IMG/VR virus record: IMGVR_UViG_3300009095_000054 | Location: 1-29,639 of that record | DNA length: 29,639 bases | Direction: 5' to 3' (one strand) | From: a virus | Taxonomy: Duplodnaviria; Caudoviricetes | Shown: in pieces, positions 15,980 through 23,566 of the stretch | Numbering within the stretch: position 1 is the first letter of the stretch | How the letters are laid out: each line of letters begins with the position of its first letter | Notes under the pieces: generated by a model | What the model was told of the DNA's origin: nothing | The model's database searches: none | What the model saw: the letters and a program-made list of their open reading frames with translations, nothing else | Made by a program: the position numbers and the translations under genes

Positions 15980-17302
15980 TTAATCCGTGGATTCTACAAG
16001 ATTTTCAAGTTCATAGACATAATCAACCACAGCTTCAGAGAAACCATCAATATGGTTCCAATGCTTAGTTGTTTTGACAGATCTTTCATTGGAACCAATG
16101 TTGAGCATGTAAAGCCGCTTTACAGGTAGATGAGGAATTCTATCCCCAATCTGTTCATCTGTGATGACGATTAGGCGATAAACATTATTCCAGTCTCTGA
16201 ATGTGGAGAAGGCTTGAAGTGCCTCGCCTAAATAAGTGCCGCTATGCATTTGGGAAGAGACAATGCTATCTCTTAATGCCATTCCTCTTCGAGGCGGAAT
16301 ATGTACCATCATATCCGAGAAAGTGCATATTGTAGCATTCTTACAACAATCTTTTAAAAGAATGGCAAGTCCACATGCTGCATCCATTCTCGTGAGTTTA
16401 CTTGCATTAGAAAGAGGTGAAGCCATACTTCCGGATACATCTACAAATATGACGGTATCTCCTTGTAACTCCAGATAGTTTTCAGTGACAAGCATCATCG
16501 CTTGATCAATAATATCTTCCCAATGTGGACAGAATTTGGCGGCCGCGATAAATTGGAAAGGAAGCATGCGCTTTTTATTCTCCAAAAGTCTTTCTCGTAC
16601 TAACTCTTTAGGAACATTGGCCTCCCACATGTTTCTCATATTACGCAAGATTGCGAGTTTACCCATCTTTTTGGCTTCTAAAAGCTCTTGGAAAGACTGC
16701 TTCTTATCCTCACCAGCCGAAAGTCTTGTCTCCCACGTGTCTGGAACTGCAAGTTTTCCATCAATAAGTGCTTTCCAAAGAAGCTCTTGCTCTCGGTTTA
16801 AAGGCTTAGCGTGGCATAAAAAAAGTACGTCTCTCAGCTTAATGGGAGTATCCCGATTATATTTTGCGAGCTGATACTCATCGAAACGGGTGAAAGATTT
16901 AGCCAATCCCTTCTTTAATTGTGCAGCTAATGGAACCTTACCATTGCGCCAATAGATGGATAAAAGCTCGGTCATCTGATCCGGCCGAGTACAAACATCA
17001 TAGATCAGAATGTCTACATCGCCAATTTTTCTTTTTAAAGCAGCGCATATCATGAAGAGAGGCACATGGCGAAGCCCATGATTTTGGGAGACTTCCATGA
17101 TGATTTTCCTCAGTTCATCAACCGGAACTTCAAAACAAAGATCATAAATTCTATCGGCAATTTTCTTGCCGTCTTCATAAAACTCATCCTCCCATAACAT
17201 GCATGCGAGAACTGATCTTCGAAGTTTTTGTATGGGAGTTAAGACTTGCGCCTCTCCACCTTCGTAAGTTCTAGGCATTGTATTCCAAACATTCATTCTC
17301 AT
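15980..17302 (-). CDS. rsr: Ro60/Rsr-like TROVE-domain RNA-binding protein with vWA domain
   Basis: TYEGG, LRRSV...LWEDEFYE, RHVP, FDEYQLAKY, LRDVLFLCHAKP, PDTWE, AILRNMRN, MIDAS VDVSGSM, ITDEQ. GGAG RBS before ATG 17302/17296. Confidence 0.95.
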   Translation of the reverse strand: MRMNVWNTMPRTYEGGEAQVLTPIQKLRRSVLACMLWEDEFYEDGKKIADRIYDLCFEVPVDELRKIIMEVSQNHGLRHVPLFMICAALKRKIGDVDILIYDVCTRPDQMTELLSIYWRNGKVPLAAQLKKGLAKSFTRFDEYQLAKYNRDTPIKLRDVLFLCHAKPLNREQELLWKALIDGKLAVPDTWETRLSAGEDKKQSFQELLEAKKMGKLAILRNMRNMWEANVPKELVRERLLENKKRMLPFQFIAAAKFCPHWEDIIDQAMMLVTENYLELQGDTVIFVDVSGSMASPLSNASKLTRMDAACGLAILLKDCCKNATICTFSDMMVHIPPRRGMALRDSIVSSQMHSGTYLGEALQAFSTFRDWNNVYRLIVITDEQIGDRIPHLPVKRLYMLNIGSNERSVKTTKHWNHIDGFSEAVVDYVYELENLVESTD

Positions 17303-17309
17303 AAAACTC

Positions 17310-17375
17310 CAGGGAACAAGCGAAAGCAGCACGTTTTAATTCCGCAAATCAAAGTATCTCCTCTCTACACCACTG
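17310..17375 (-). ncRNA. Short Y-RNA-like element (Ro-binding stem only, no tRNA module)
   Basis: CAGTGGTGTAGAGAGGAGATACTT...CTTTCGCTTGTTCCCTG: the same terminal motifs as the two neighbouring RNAs. Confidence 0.7.
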
Positions 17376-17385
17376 AAAAACAAAA

Positions 17386-17515
17386 GACGGGGAATAATCG
17401 AAAAGAGTTAATGAGCGCTCTTCCAATTGAGCTATGAATTCCGAAGAATCCAGTTAGAATCGAACTAACAACCTCTAGATTTGCAGTCTAAGTAACTCTT
17501 TTCTCCGCCACCGTC
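17386..17515 (-). ncRNA. yrlA: YrlA-type Y RNA with permuted tRNA module (GCA anticodon arm)
   Basis: Terminal stem GACGGTGGCGGAGAAAAGAGTTA / TAACTCTTTTCGATTATTCCCCGTC encloses anticodon, T, closed acceptor and D arms. Adjacent to the Ro60 gene. Confidence 0.88.
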
Positions 17516-17525
17516 AAAACTAAAA

Positions 17526-17662
17526 CACTGGGAACAGTCGAATAGAGCATCATTCTAGCTTTTTACACTAGACAGTGGCTCCAGCCACCGAAAGGAATCG
17601 AACCTTCAAATTTGAGTATCAGTCAAATCTTTATCCAAGTAGCTCTATTCTACGCCACAGTG
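17526..17662 (-). ncRNA. yrlA: YrlA-type Y RNA with permuted tRNA module (GAT anticodon arm)
   Basis: Terminal stem CACTGTGGCGTAGAATAGAGC / GCTCTATTCGACTGTTCCCAGTG encloses TTTGA-CTGATAC-TCAAA, GAAGG-TTCGATT-CCTTT, GGTGGC-TGGA-GCCACT and TCTAG/CTAGA arms. Confidence 0.85.
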
Positions 17663-17670
17663 AAATCGCA

Positions 17671-17699
17671 ACCATAGACAAGGTAGGAATTATTTGGAA
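17671..17699 (-). promoter_or_regulatory. Putative sigma70-like promoter for the Y RNA-Ro60 operon
   Basis: TTCCAA-17 nt-TATGGT on the - strand, 8 nt upstream of the first Y RNA. Confidence 0.45.
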
Positions 17700-17751
17700 T
17701 TTTATTTTTTTTAAAATAAATATTTGATACTTTTACCGAAAAGGAGTCAAC

Positions 17752-18171
17752 ATGACAGAAGTAGGAAAAGCAGCGTATGAACTTCTCAGTAAGCCACCTG
17801 AAAAAATTCCCGTAATTGATATGCAAAGAGAGATGGGAAAACGATTGGCTAAAGATCTGGAAGATACGGTGGAACGGCATAAAGGAATTACGGAGCTTTA
17901 CTACATCAAGATAATTTTTCGCAAGCATAGAACACTTCCTGAAAATCATATTCATTATCAAGTTGTAGCTCCCTATTTTGCAAAGCCTCTTCCTGATTAT
18001 GATACTTCACTTTTTTCGATGGATAATAAGAAAGGGGATCTCCAATACCATTGGTCAATCCCCGATGAAGATTCATGCCGCTATATTCTCTCTAACGAAG
18101 CTTTTTTACCTTCGGACGAACGCCCACTTTGCGAGATGATAAAGAAGTTTTCCGCGGGGATTTTGGTTTAG
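17752..18171 (+). CDS. Hypothetical phage protein
   Basis: AAGGAG RBS. P.PDYD...WSIPD motif. Confidence 0.8.
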   Translation: MTEVGKAAYELLSKPPEKIPVIDMQREMGKRLAKDLEDTVERHKGITELYYIKIIFRKHRTLPENHIHYQVVAPYFAKPLPDYDTSLFSMDNKKGDLQYHWSIPDEDSCRYILSNEAFLPSDERPLCEMIKKFSAGILV

Positions 18172-18388
18172 GCAATAAAGAGATTTGTACATCTACATAA
18201 CTCTTCATTGCTCCTATCTCTCCATCTATTTTCTGCCGTAACTTCGTCGTTTCATGATAGAGGTTAGAGCTTACTTCCGTCAGCTTTTGATTTAGGGTTA
18301 TTCCGAGAGTTTCGTTTTTTTTAAAGAGCCACCAAATCAAAAGTCCAATTCCTGAACCAATGAAAAGGTGAATGAAAAAATCGTACAT
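18092..18388 (-). CDS. Single-TM protein with coiled coil and basic tail
   Basis: Strong AAGGAGGT RBS and N-terminal TM helix. Converges on and overlaps the previous gene. Confidence 0.65.
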   Translation of the reverse strand: MYDFFIHLFIGSGIGLLIWWLFKKNETLGITLNQKLTEVSSNLYHETTKLRQKIDGEIGAMKSYVDVQISLLPKPKSPRKTSLSSRKVGVRPKVKKLR

Positions 18389-18420
18389 TTTTACCTCCTT
18401 GGGCTTTCACTTCTTATATA

Positions 18421-18471
18421 TCAAATTTATTTTTGACAAAATGTTTTCCGATATGTTAAATAAAAATTTAA
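18421..18471 (+). promoter_or_regulatory. Conserved ~50-bp promoter/operator element, copy 2
   Basis: TCAAA-N6-TTTGA and TTAAA-N6-TTTAA palindromes, with TTGACA at 18433. Confidence 0.6.
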
Positions 18472-18501
18472 CTTGATAAACGTGAGTCCGCGTTAGTGAC
18501 A

Positions 18502-18597
18502 TCAAGTTTGAGAGGGTAGGGATGGTTTTCCGTCCGACTAAAGAGGCTGGGGTATCTCGGCCACCTTCTCTTGGGCTGAACAGGCACTCGCCATGCC
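18502..18597 (+). ncRNA. Structured leader RNA (three-way junction plus hairpin) upstream of the scaffold gene
   Basis: GAGAGGGT/ACCTTCTC closes the GGATGG/CCGTCC and GGCTGGG/CTCGGCC hairpins. A GGCA/TGCC hairpin follows. Confidence 0.5.
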
Positions 18598-18609
18598 AAA
18601 AGGTAAAGA

Positions 18610-19272
18610 ATGTCAGAAGAACAAGATTCGGGCGTAGAAACTGTGGTCGCCGCACAGAATGAACCTGAACATTCACAAGCTGAGGTAGCTCCTAAGCCTA
18701 GTGACCAGGATAGAAACTGGAAGCAAGCTAGAGAGCAACTGGAAGAGCTTAAGCGACACAATCAAAGGCTTGAAGCCGAGACTCAGAAGCTGAAGCAGCA
18801 AATGACAGCTCCAGCAGTAGAGGAAGACATCAGTTATGCTGATGAGGATCTGTCTACGGTGGGGGTGACCAAAAAGCTAATTCGCAAAGAGGCTCAAAAA
18901 ATCGCAGCAGAATTGCTTCAGAAAAAAGAAGCTGAAGATGCTGAGAAATGGGCACGGATCAAGTTCTCTGATTACGACGCAGTAGTTTCGAACGATAACC
19001 TTCAAAGGCTCGTTCAGACTGCTCCTGAAGTGGCGAAGATGCTGATGAATAACCCTGATCCTGTAGCTGCCTATAAGCTTTTAAAGACTATGGGCATCGA
19101 TGCCGGGGAGACAGCTCAGTTGAGGGAAAATCAACAAAAGCCTAGATCCATGCAATCGGTTGGTCAGGCTTCAGCACTTTCACAAGCCAATGCGTTCGCT
19201 AAAGGCTTAACTCCAGAATTAAAAACTCAGCTTTGGAACGAGATGAAACAAGCCGCTAAGGCAAGTTCATAA
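18610..19272 (+). CDS. Capsid scaffolding protein
   Basis: Acidic N-terminus, coiled coil, F.DYD.VV and NPDP..AYK motifs. Directly before the capsid gene. Confidence 0.8.
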   Translation: MSEEQDSGVETVVAAQNEPEHSQAEVAPKPSDQDRNWKQAREQLEELKRHNQRLEAETQKLKQQMTAPAVEEDISYADEDLSTVGVTKKLIRKEAQKIAAELLQKKEAEDAEKWARIKFSDYDAVVSNDNLQRLVQTAPEVAKMLMNNPDPVAAYKLLKTMGIDAGETAQLRENQQKPRSMQSVGQASALSQANAFAKGLTPELKTQLWNEMKQAAKASS

Positions 19273-19311
19273 TTTTCGTCGTAAAGACGATACAGAAGCG
19301 GAGTAATAATA

Positions 19312-20262
19312 ATGTCTATCACGACAACCAGCGTGTTGCCAGCACCTGTGCAGCAAAGCTTTAGCTATAAGCTGCTGAGTGTGCCAACACCCTATTTCAT
19401 TCACAAAATCCCCGCGATGCTGAAAGAAATGCCTCGCAATGGTGGTACGACTCTACGTATGAGGCGTTATAATCCATTGCCCGCAGCAACTGTTCCTCTC
19501 GGCAATACAGGGATTCTACCGCCACCTGTGCAGTTGACAGCCGTCAACATTGATGCTCAGATGGATTTCTACGGCCAATACATCTTGATCAACGAGCAAG
19601 TCACGCTTCAAAACCAAGATCCTGTCTTGAACGAAGCCGCTCAGCGTCTGGGGGTTAGCTTACGTCAAACGGAAGACGAACTTACCAGAAACATGCTGGC
19701 AGGAACTGCCTCATTCATCAATGCTGTAGGGGGAACGAACGGGGATAACCCGACTGAAATTACCCGACCAGATGTTGACGAAGTGATTCGTACGCTTGTG
19801 AATAACAATGCCTACACCATCGCCGACAATATCGAGGGTGAGGATCGCTTTGGTACAGCTCCCGTAAGAGATGCTTACTTTGCTTTGGCAAATAGCCAGA
19901 TCATAGGAAACCTCGAAAACGTGACTGGGTTTATCGCTAAAGCCCAATATCCTTCGCCAATGCTCGCGTTGAGACCAGAATGGGGTTCAGTTTCGAACTT
20001 GAGATTCTTAGTTTCAAGCATCGGAAGTGTTACACCTAATGCATCCCTTCTAGGCGCAAACGTGTACAACATCTTCTGTACTGGATTGGAAGCTTACGCT
20101 TGCATCGAGCAAGATGGTTACAGCGCACAATTCATTTATAGACCGCCTATCTATGATTCTCCACTCGCCTTGAATGCCTCTGTGGGCTGGAAAATGGCCG
20201 AAGTGCCCAGGATCACTAATGATGCGTGGGTAATCAATTTAAGAGTCACACTCGCAACATAA
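19312..20262 (+). CDS. Major capsid protein (N4-gp56 family, HK97 fold)
   Basis: MPRNGGTTLRMRRYNPL, YGQYI.I..QV, EWGSV...RF, PL....SVGWK motifs. Confidence 0.92.
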   Translation: MSITTTSVLPAPVQQSFSYKLLSVPTPYFIHKIPAMLKEMPRNGGTTLRMRRYNPLPAATVPLGNTGILPPPVQLTAVNIDAQMDFYGQYILINEQVTLQNQDPVLNEAAQRLGVSLRQTEDELTRNMLAGTASFINAVGGTNGDNPTEITRPDVDEVIRTLVNNNAYTIADNIEGEDRFGTAPVRDAYFALANSQIIGNLENVTGFIAKAQYPSPMLALRPEWGSVSNLRFLVSSIGSVTPNASLLGANVYNIFCTGLEAYACIEQDGYSAQFIYRPPIYDSPLALNASVGWKMAEVPRITNDAWVINLRVTLAT

Positions 20263-20273
20263 GGAGACATTAA

Positions 20274-21248
20274 ATGAGTACACCACTACACGCATTCATC
20301 ACTGGTTCGTTTGTATCAGCAGGCGCAGTCGTCAACCTTAACCTTCCGTCAGACGTACAGAGATTCAATCTCTATAACCTGACAAGCTTAGGTATTGGAG
20401 GAGCAACCACTCCTGTTATGAGAGCCGAATGGGCACTCACAATGCCCGATGGCGCAGCCATCATAGGAACGAAGGCTAACGGTTCGGATGTGATCAACTG
20501 GACATCGATAGCTTCTGGCGGTTTTACAAGGATCGCAGACTCAGGGAATCAATCCCCTGGTCCAGAACTTGCTCAAACAGCCACAACCAATGCCAACCCA
20601 ATCGTGGTAAGTGCAGCCAATACAGGCGGCCTAGCAGTAGGGGATATTGTCCGCATCATCAATAACACTGGTGCGCAGCAAATCACCAACTTTGATTGGA
20701 CTGTAACGGCAGTAACAACCAACGTAAGCTTTAGCCTTGGCTATGCAGGGGTAGCTCCTGGATCGGCAGGCACTGGCGGATTCTTCCGCAAGATTCCTTT
20801 CGACTCCATGTATTACCCACGCAGACGTTTTATCACAAACGTCACGGCGGCTACATCGGCCGAGATTACCCTGTCGGTAACACATGGGTTTACTGTTGGG
20901 CAGCTCGTCAAAGTCTTCGTACCAGCCGGTTGGGGTTTAACTCCAATTAGTGCCTACGCGACAGTGACAGCCATAAATACAACCACAAATACGATAACCG
21001 TCAACCTGGATACGTCCAGTGCTGGTACGTTTGCATATCCCGCTTCAGCGACATTTGCAGGGGGTATTTCGCTCCCACAAGTCATCCCTGTAGGGGAAGC
21101 TGCTGTGAATACCATCACACAGCCATTTGCCAACCTACTCGACGACGCTACTCGTAATACCTCTTTCCGAGGAATCGCGATCGGTGCTTCTGTTCAGACT
21201 TCTGGACAAACCTATCGATGGATTGCCGAAAGAGGAGTCCAAATCTAA
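20274..21248 (+). CDS. Virion structural protein with two E1-FCCH-like beta domains
   Basis: TNANPIVVS...GLAVGDIVRI and ITNVT.A....IT....HGFTVGQLV repeats. T/G/A-rich. Confidence 0.75.
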   Translation: MSTPLHAFITGSFVSAGAVVNLNLPSDVQRFNLYNLTSLGIGGATTPVMRAEWALTMPDGAAIIGTKANGSDVINWTSIASGGFTRIADSGNQSPGPELAQTATTNANPIVVSAANTGGLAVGDIVRIINNTGAQQITNFDWTVTAVTTNVSFSLGYAGVAPGSAGTGGFFRKIPFDSMYYPRRRFITNVTAATSAEITLSVTHGFTVGQLVKVFVPAGWGLTPISAYATVTAINTTTNTITVNLDTSSAGTFAYPASATFAGGISLPQVIPVGEAAVNTITQPFANLLDDATRNTSFRGIAIGASVQTSGQTYRWIAERGVQI

Positions 21249-21292
21249 TCAAAAGACGGGGGGAGCAATCCCCCTGTCGCGGAGTAATAATA

Positions 21293-21688
21293 ATGACTGA
21301 AACAGTACAAGTTATCAAAGATCCCAAAAGAGCAGGGAAAGAACGTCTTCAGAAAATCATGGCTGAAGAAGCTCGCCTTGTTAGAGGAATCTTTAAAAGC
21401 TATGAATGTCCAGGCGCAGCCGCGACAATCTCAGTTCGTAAGTATCCTGGTCAACATACGCAAACCTATACCTTTATAGACGGAAGAGAATACGAGATCC
21501 CGCTTTGGGTTGCAAGACATTTGAATGGAATTGATGCAACTGCCTCTGAATTGAAAGGTAAAATTAATTCTTGCGGTATCCCAGTCCACTCCTATCACAT
21601 CGATCCAAGATCGGGGTTATCTTCTGTGGAAGTAGGAACGATTCGAAGACGCTACGGCTTCCAGTCTCTGGATTTCATGGAGGCTTAA
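21293..21688 (+). CDS. Hypothetical phage protein (head/tail module)
   Basis: Start at ATG 21293 after GCGGAG. DG..YEIP..VA.HLN motif. Confidence 0.75.
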   Translation: MTETVQVIKDPKRAGKERLQKIMAEEARLVRGIFKSYECPGAAATISVRKYPGQHTQTYTFIDGREYEIPLWVARHLNGIDATASELKGKINSCGIPVHSYHIDPRSGLSSVEVGTIRRRYGFQSLDFMEA

Positions 21689-21689
21689 T

Positions 21690-22007
21690 ATGCCTTCAGA
21701 TTTTATTCCGAAAAGACATCGGATAATCGATGTCTCTAATGAGCAGTTCGCGATGGTTACCACTCAGTTAGCCAATGGCTATGAGCTGGATCAAATCGTC
21801 CGTTTGATTGTTCCACCAGCTTATGGAATGTCGCTCAACTATGTCCAAGCTAAGATCATAGAGATTCTCTCTACCACCAGTTTTAAGACAGACATAGATA
21901 CTCGGAATAATAAAATCTTTGTAGAACCCACTTTCCCACCAGCTTATACGGAAGCCCAAGTGGTTCCTATTTCTGGTGTGGAAAATAACATTGCAGGTGA
22001 GAGATGA
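21690..22007 (+). CDS. Single FCCH-like domain protein
   Basis: IIDVSN...AMVTT...GY...QIVRL.VP..YGM...F..DIDT. Confidence 0.7.
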   Translation: MPSDFIPKRHRIIDVSNEQFAMVTTQLANGYELDQIVRLIVPPAYGMSLNYVQAKIIEILSTTSFKTDIDTRNNKIFVEPTFPPAYTEAQVVPISGVENNIAGER

Positions 22008-22969
22008 CAGCTCCTAATACTCTCACGGCAATCCGTTCTAAAGTAAGGAAAATCACTGGATCTCCTTCTCCTACTCAGCTTACCGACACGCAAATTGATG
22101 AGTATATCAACACCTTTTACTTTTATGAATTTCCGGAGAATTTAAGGCTTTTTCAACTCCATCAGCCTTATATTTTTTATACGCAGGCAAATGTTGACTC
22201 TTATGTCTTCCCCAGAAATGAGATTGTGACGATCAATCCGCCAGCCTACATAGCGGGATATTACTCTTTTTGGAGCCAAAGCCAAGAGCAATTCTATAGA
22301 ACTTATCCGCAGCTCAACAATCTTTTGCAAGTAGATACTGGAATGGCATTGGCTGGTCCGTATAGTTTTACAATACCGAGCGCTCCCTTTCTTCGAGGCT
22401 ATATAACCCCTGGTTCGACACGTATCAACTCGAATGTATTAATTTCAGCCGGATCAGCCATAGCCCGCGACGATGGATTTGGAGGGTGGGTAAATGAGGC
22501 AGGAACGGCTCTTGTAGGCACGATCGACTATGTGACTGGTATATGTGTACTCACCTTCGATCAAGTGATCCCTAGCGGCACTCCAATCAATTCTCAGACG
22601 GTTCCCTATCAAGCCGCCCGACCAGAAGGATTACTTTTTTACAATGATGTCATTACTTTGCGGCCAGTACCGGATCAAGTCTACAAGGTTGAAGTTCAGG
22701 CTTTCTACAATCCTACTCAACTTATGGCAACCACTGATCAACCTCTTCTTCAAGAGTGGTGGCAATATCTTGCCTTTGGAGCGGCCAAGTACATTTTCGA
22801 AGATCGTCTGGATATGGACGGATGGCAAAAGATTCAGCCTTTCTATGACAAACAAGAAAGAGCTGCTTTAAGAAGAACAATAGTGCAACAGACTCCCCAA
22901 AGAACCTCTTCAATTTATACGGAGATGGTGGATTTCGGAGGGAGCGGAAATTATTACAACAATTTTTAA
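22004..22969 (+). CDS. Head-to-tail adaptor / tail tubular protein A-like, with inserted beta domain
   Basis: L..IR.KVR.IT..P...IDEYIN N-terminus, LRPVPD.VY.V and W.YLAFGAA C-terminus, and gene position. Confidence 0.7.
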   Translation: MTAPNTLTAIRSKVRKITGSPSPTQLTDTQIDEYINTFYFYEFPENLRLFQLHQPYIFYTQANVDSYVFPRNEIVTINPPAYIAGYYSFWSQSQEQFYRTYPQLNNLLQVDTGMALAGPYSFTIPSAPFLRGYITPGSTRINSNVLISAGSAIARDDGFGGWVNEAGTALVGTIDYVTGICVLTFDQVIPSGTPINSQTVPYQAARPEGLLFYNDVITLRPVPDQVYKVEVQAFYNPTQLMATTDQPLLQEWWQYLAFGAAKYIFEDRLDMDGWQKIQPFYDKQERAALRRTIVQQTPQRTSSIYTEMVDFGGSGNYYNNF

Positions 22970-22972
22970 ATT

Positions 22973-23566
22973 ATGACATACAATCCTAATACCCCTCTTG
23001 CCAGTGAAAGAATCTCGGATACTCAAGAACCTATTCGTCTAAACTTTGAGTTAGCGAATACCTATTTTGGTGTAGACCATTTTGCTTTCGATGCGGCTTC
23101 GAATAATGGTAAGCACCGTCGAGTGACGATGCCCGATCAGACAGCTACCCCTCCTACACCTGTAGCATCTGAATGTGCTTTCTATGCTAAGACTATATCG
23201 GGGGTGACGACTCCCTATCTGCGGCGAGATGGCTTAATCTCTCCTGAATACCCGATGACTCCAATCCGAGCGATGGGAGCATTTACGGGAGGAGGAGCGG
23301 CTTTAAATAATCAAAATCTCACCTCATCGGCTTTCAGTGGCGCATCCGGCTATACAATGACGATGCCCGCAGGAACGGTAACAGGGGTAAATTATTTAGT
23401 ATTAGCTATTCCTGGACAGACTGGATTAAATCCGGCTTTTGCTCCCGTCTATGTGATTGTGAATGCGACTACCTTTAATGTTGGATTTAGGAGAGTGACT
23501 ACGTCAGGAACGGTAGGGGCTTTTGAAGCACCTGAGTTTTTTAGTGTAATCGTATTGCAGGTGTAA
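22973..23566 (+). CDS. Putative tail/virion structural protein
   Basis: YNPNTP...Q..IR.NF...F.VDH...GKH N-terminus and beta-rich C-terminus. Confidence 0.6.
   Translation: MTYNPNTPLASERISDTQEPIRLNFELANTYFGVDHFAFDAASNNGKHRRVTMPDQTATPPTPVASECAFYAKTISGVTTPYLRRDGLISPEYPMTPIRAMGAFTGGGAALNNQNLTSSAFSGASGYTMTMPAGTVTGVNYLVLAIPGQTGLNPAFAPVYVIVNATTFNVGFRRVTTSGTVGAFEAPEFFSVIVLQV

Noticed and set aside
16236-16874. Plus-strand ORFs of 80 and 112 aa (and similar nested ORFs in portal, capsid and tail genes)
   Set aside because: Antisense or alternate-frame shadows of well-supported genes, with no recognisable motifs.
17303-17332. Longer TROVE start (17332) from the ORF track
   Set aside because: It lies inside the short Y RNA. 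The GGAG RBS supports 17302 or 17296.
17416-17627. Ordinary tRNA-Cys and tRNA-Ile genes on the - strand
   Set aside because: The arm order is permuted and the acceptor stems are closed by loops, so they are annotated as Y RNA modules.
17310-17662. Three repeats with variable interiors as a CRISPR array
   Set aside because: The repeats are paired halves of stems with covariation, the interiors are tRNA-like and unequal in length, and no cas genes are present.
18510-18570. Hammerhead ribozyme
   Set aside because: CTAAAGA only approximates CUGANGA, and the required GAAA after stem II is missing.
21255-21278. Intrinsic terminator
   Set aside because: Strong hairpin, but followed directly by an RBS rather than a U tract.
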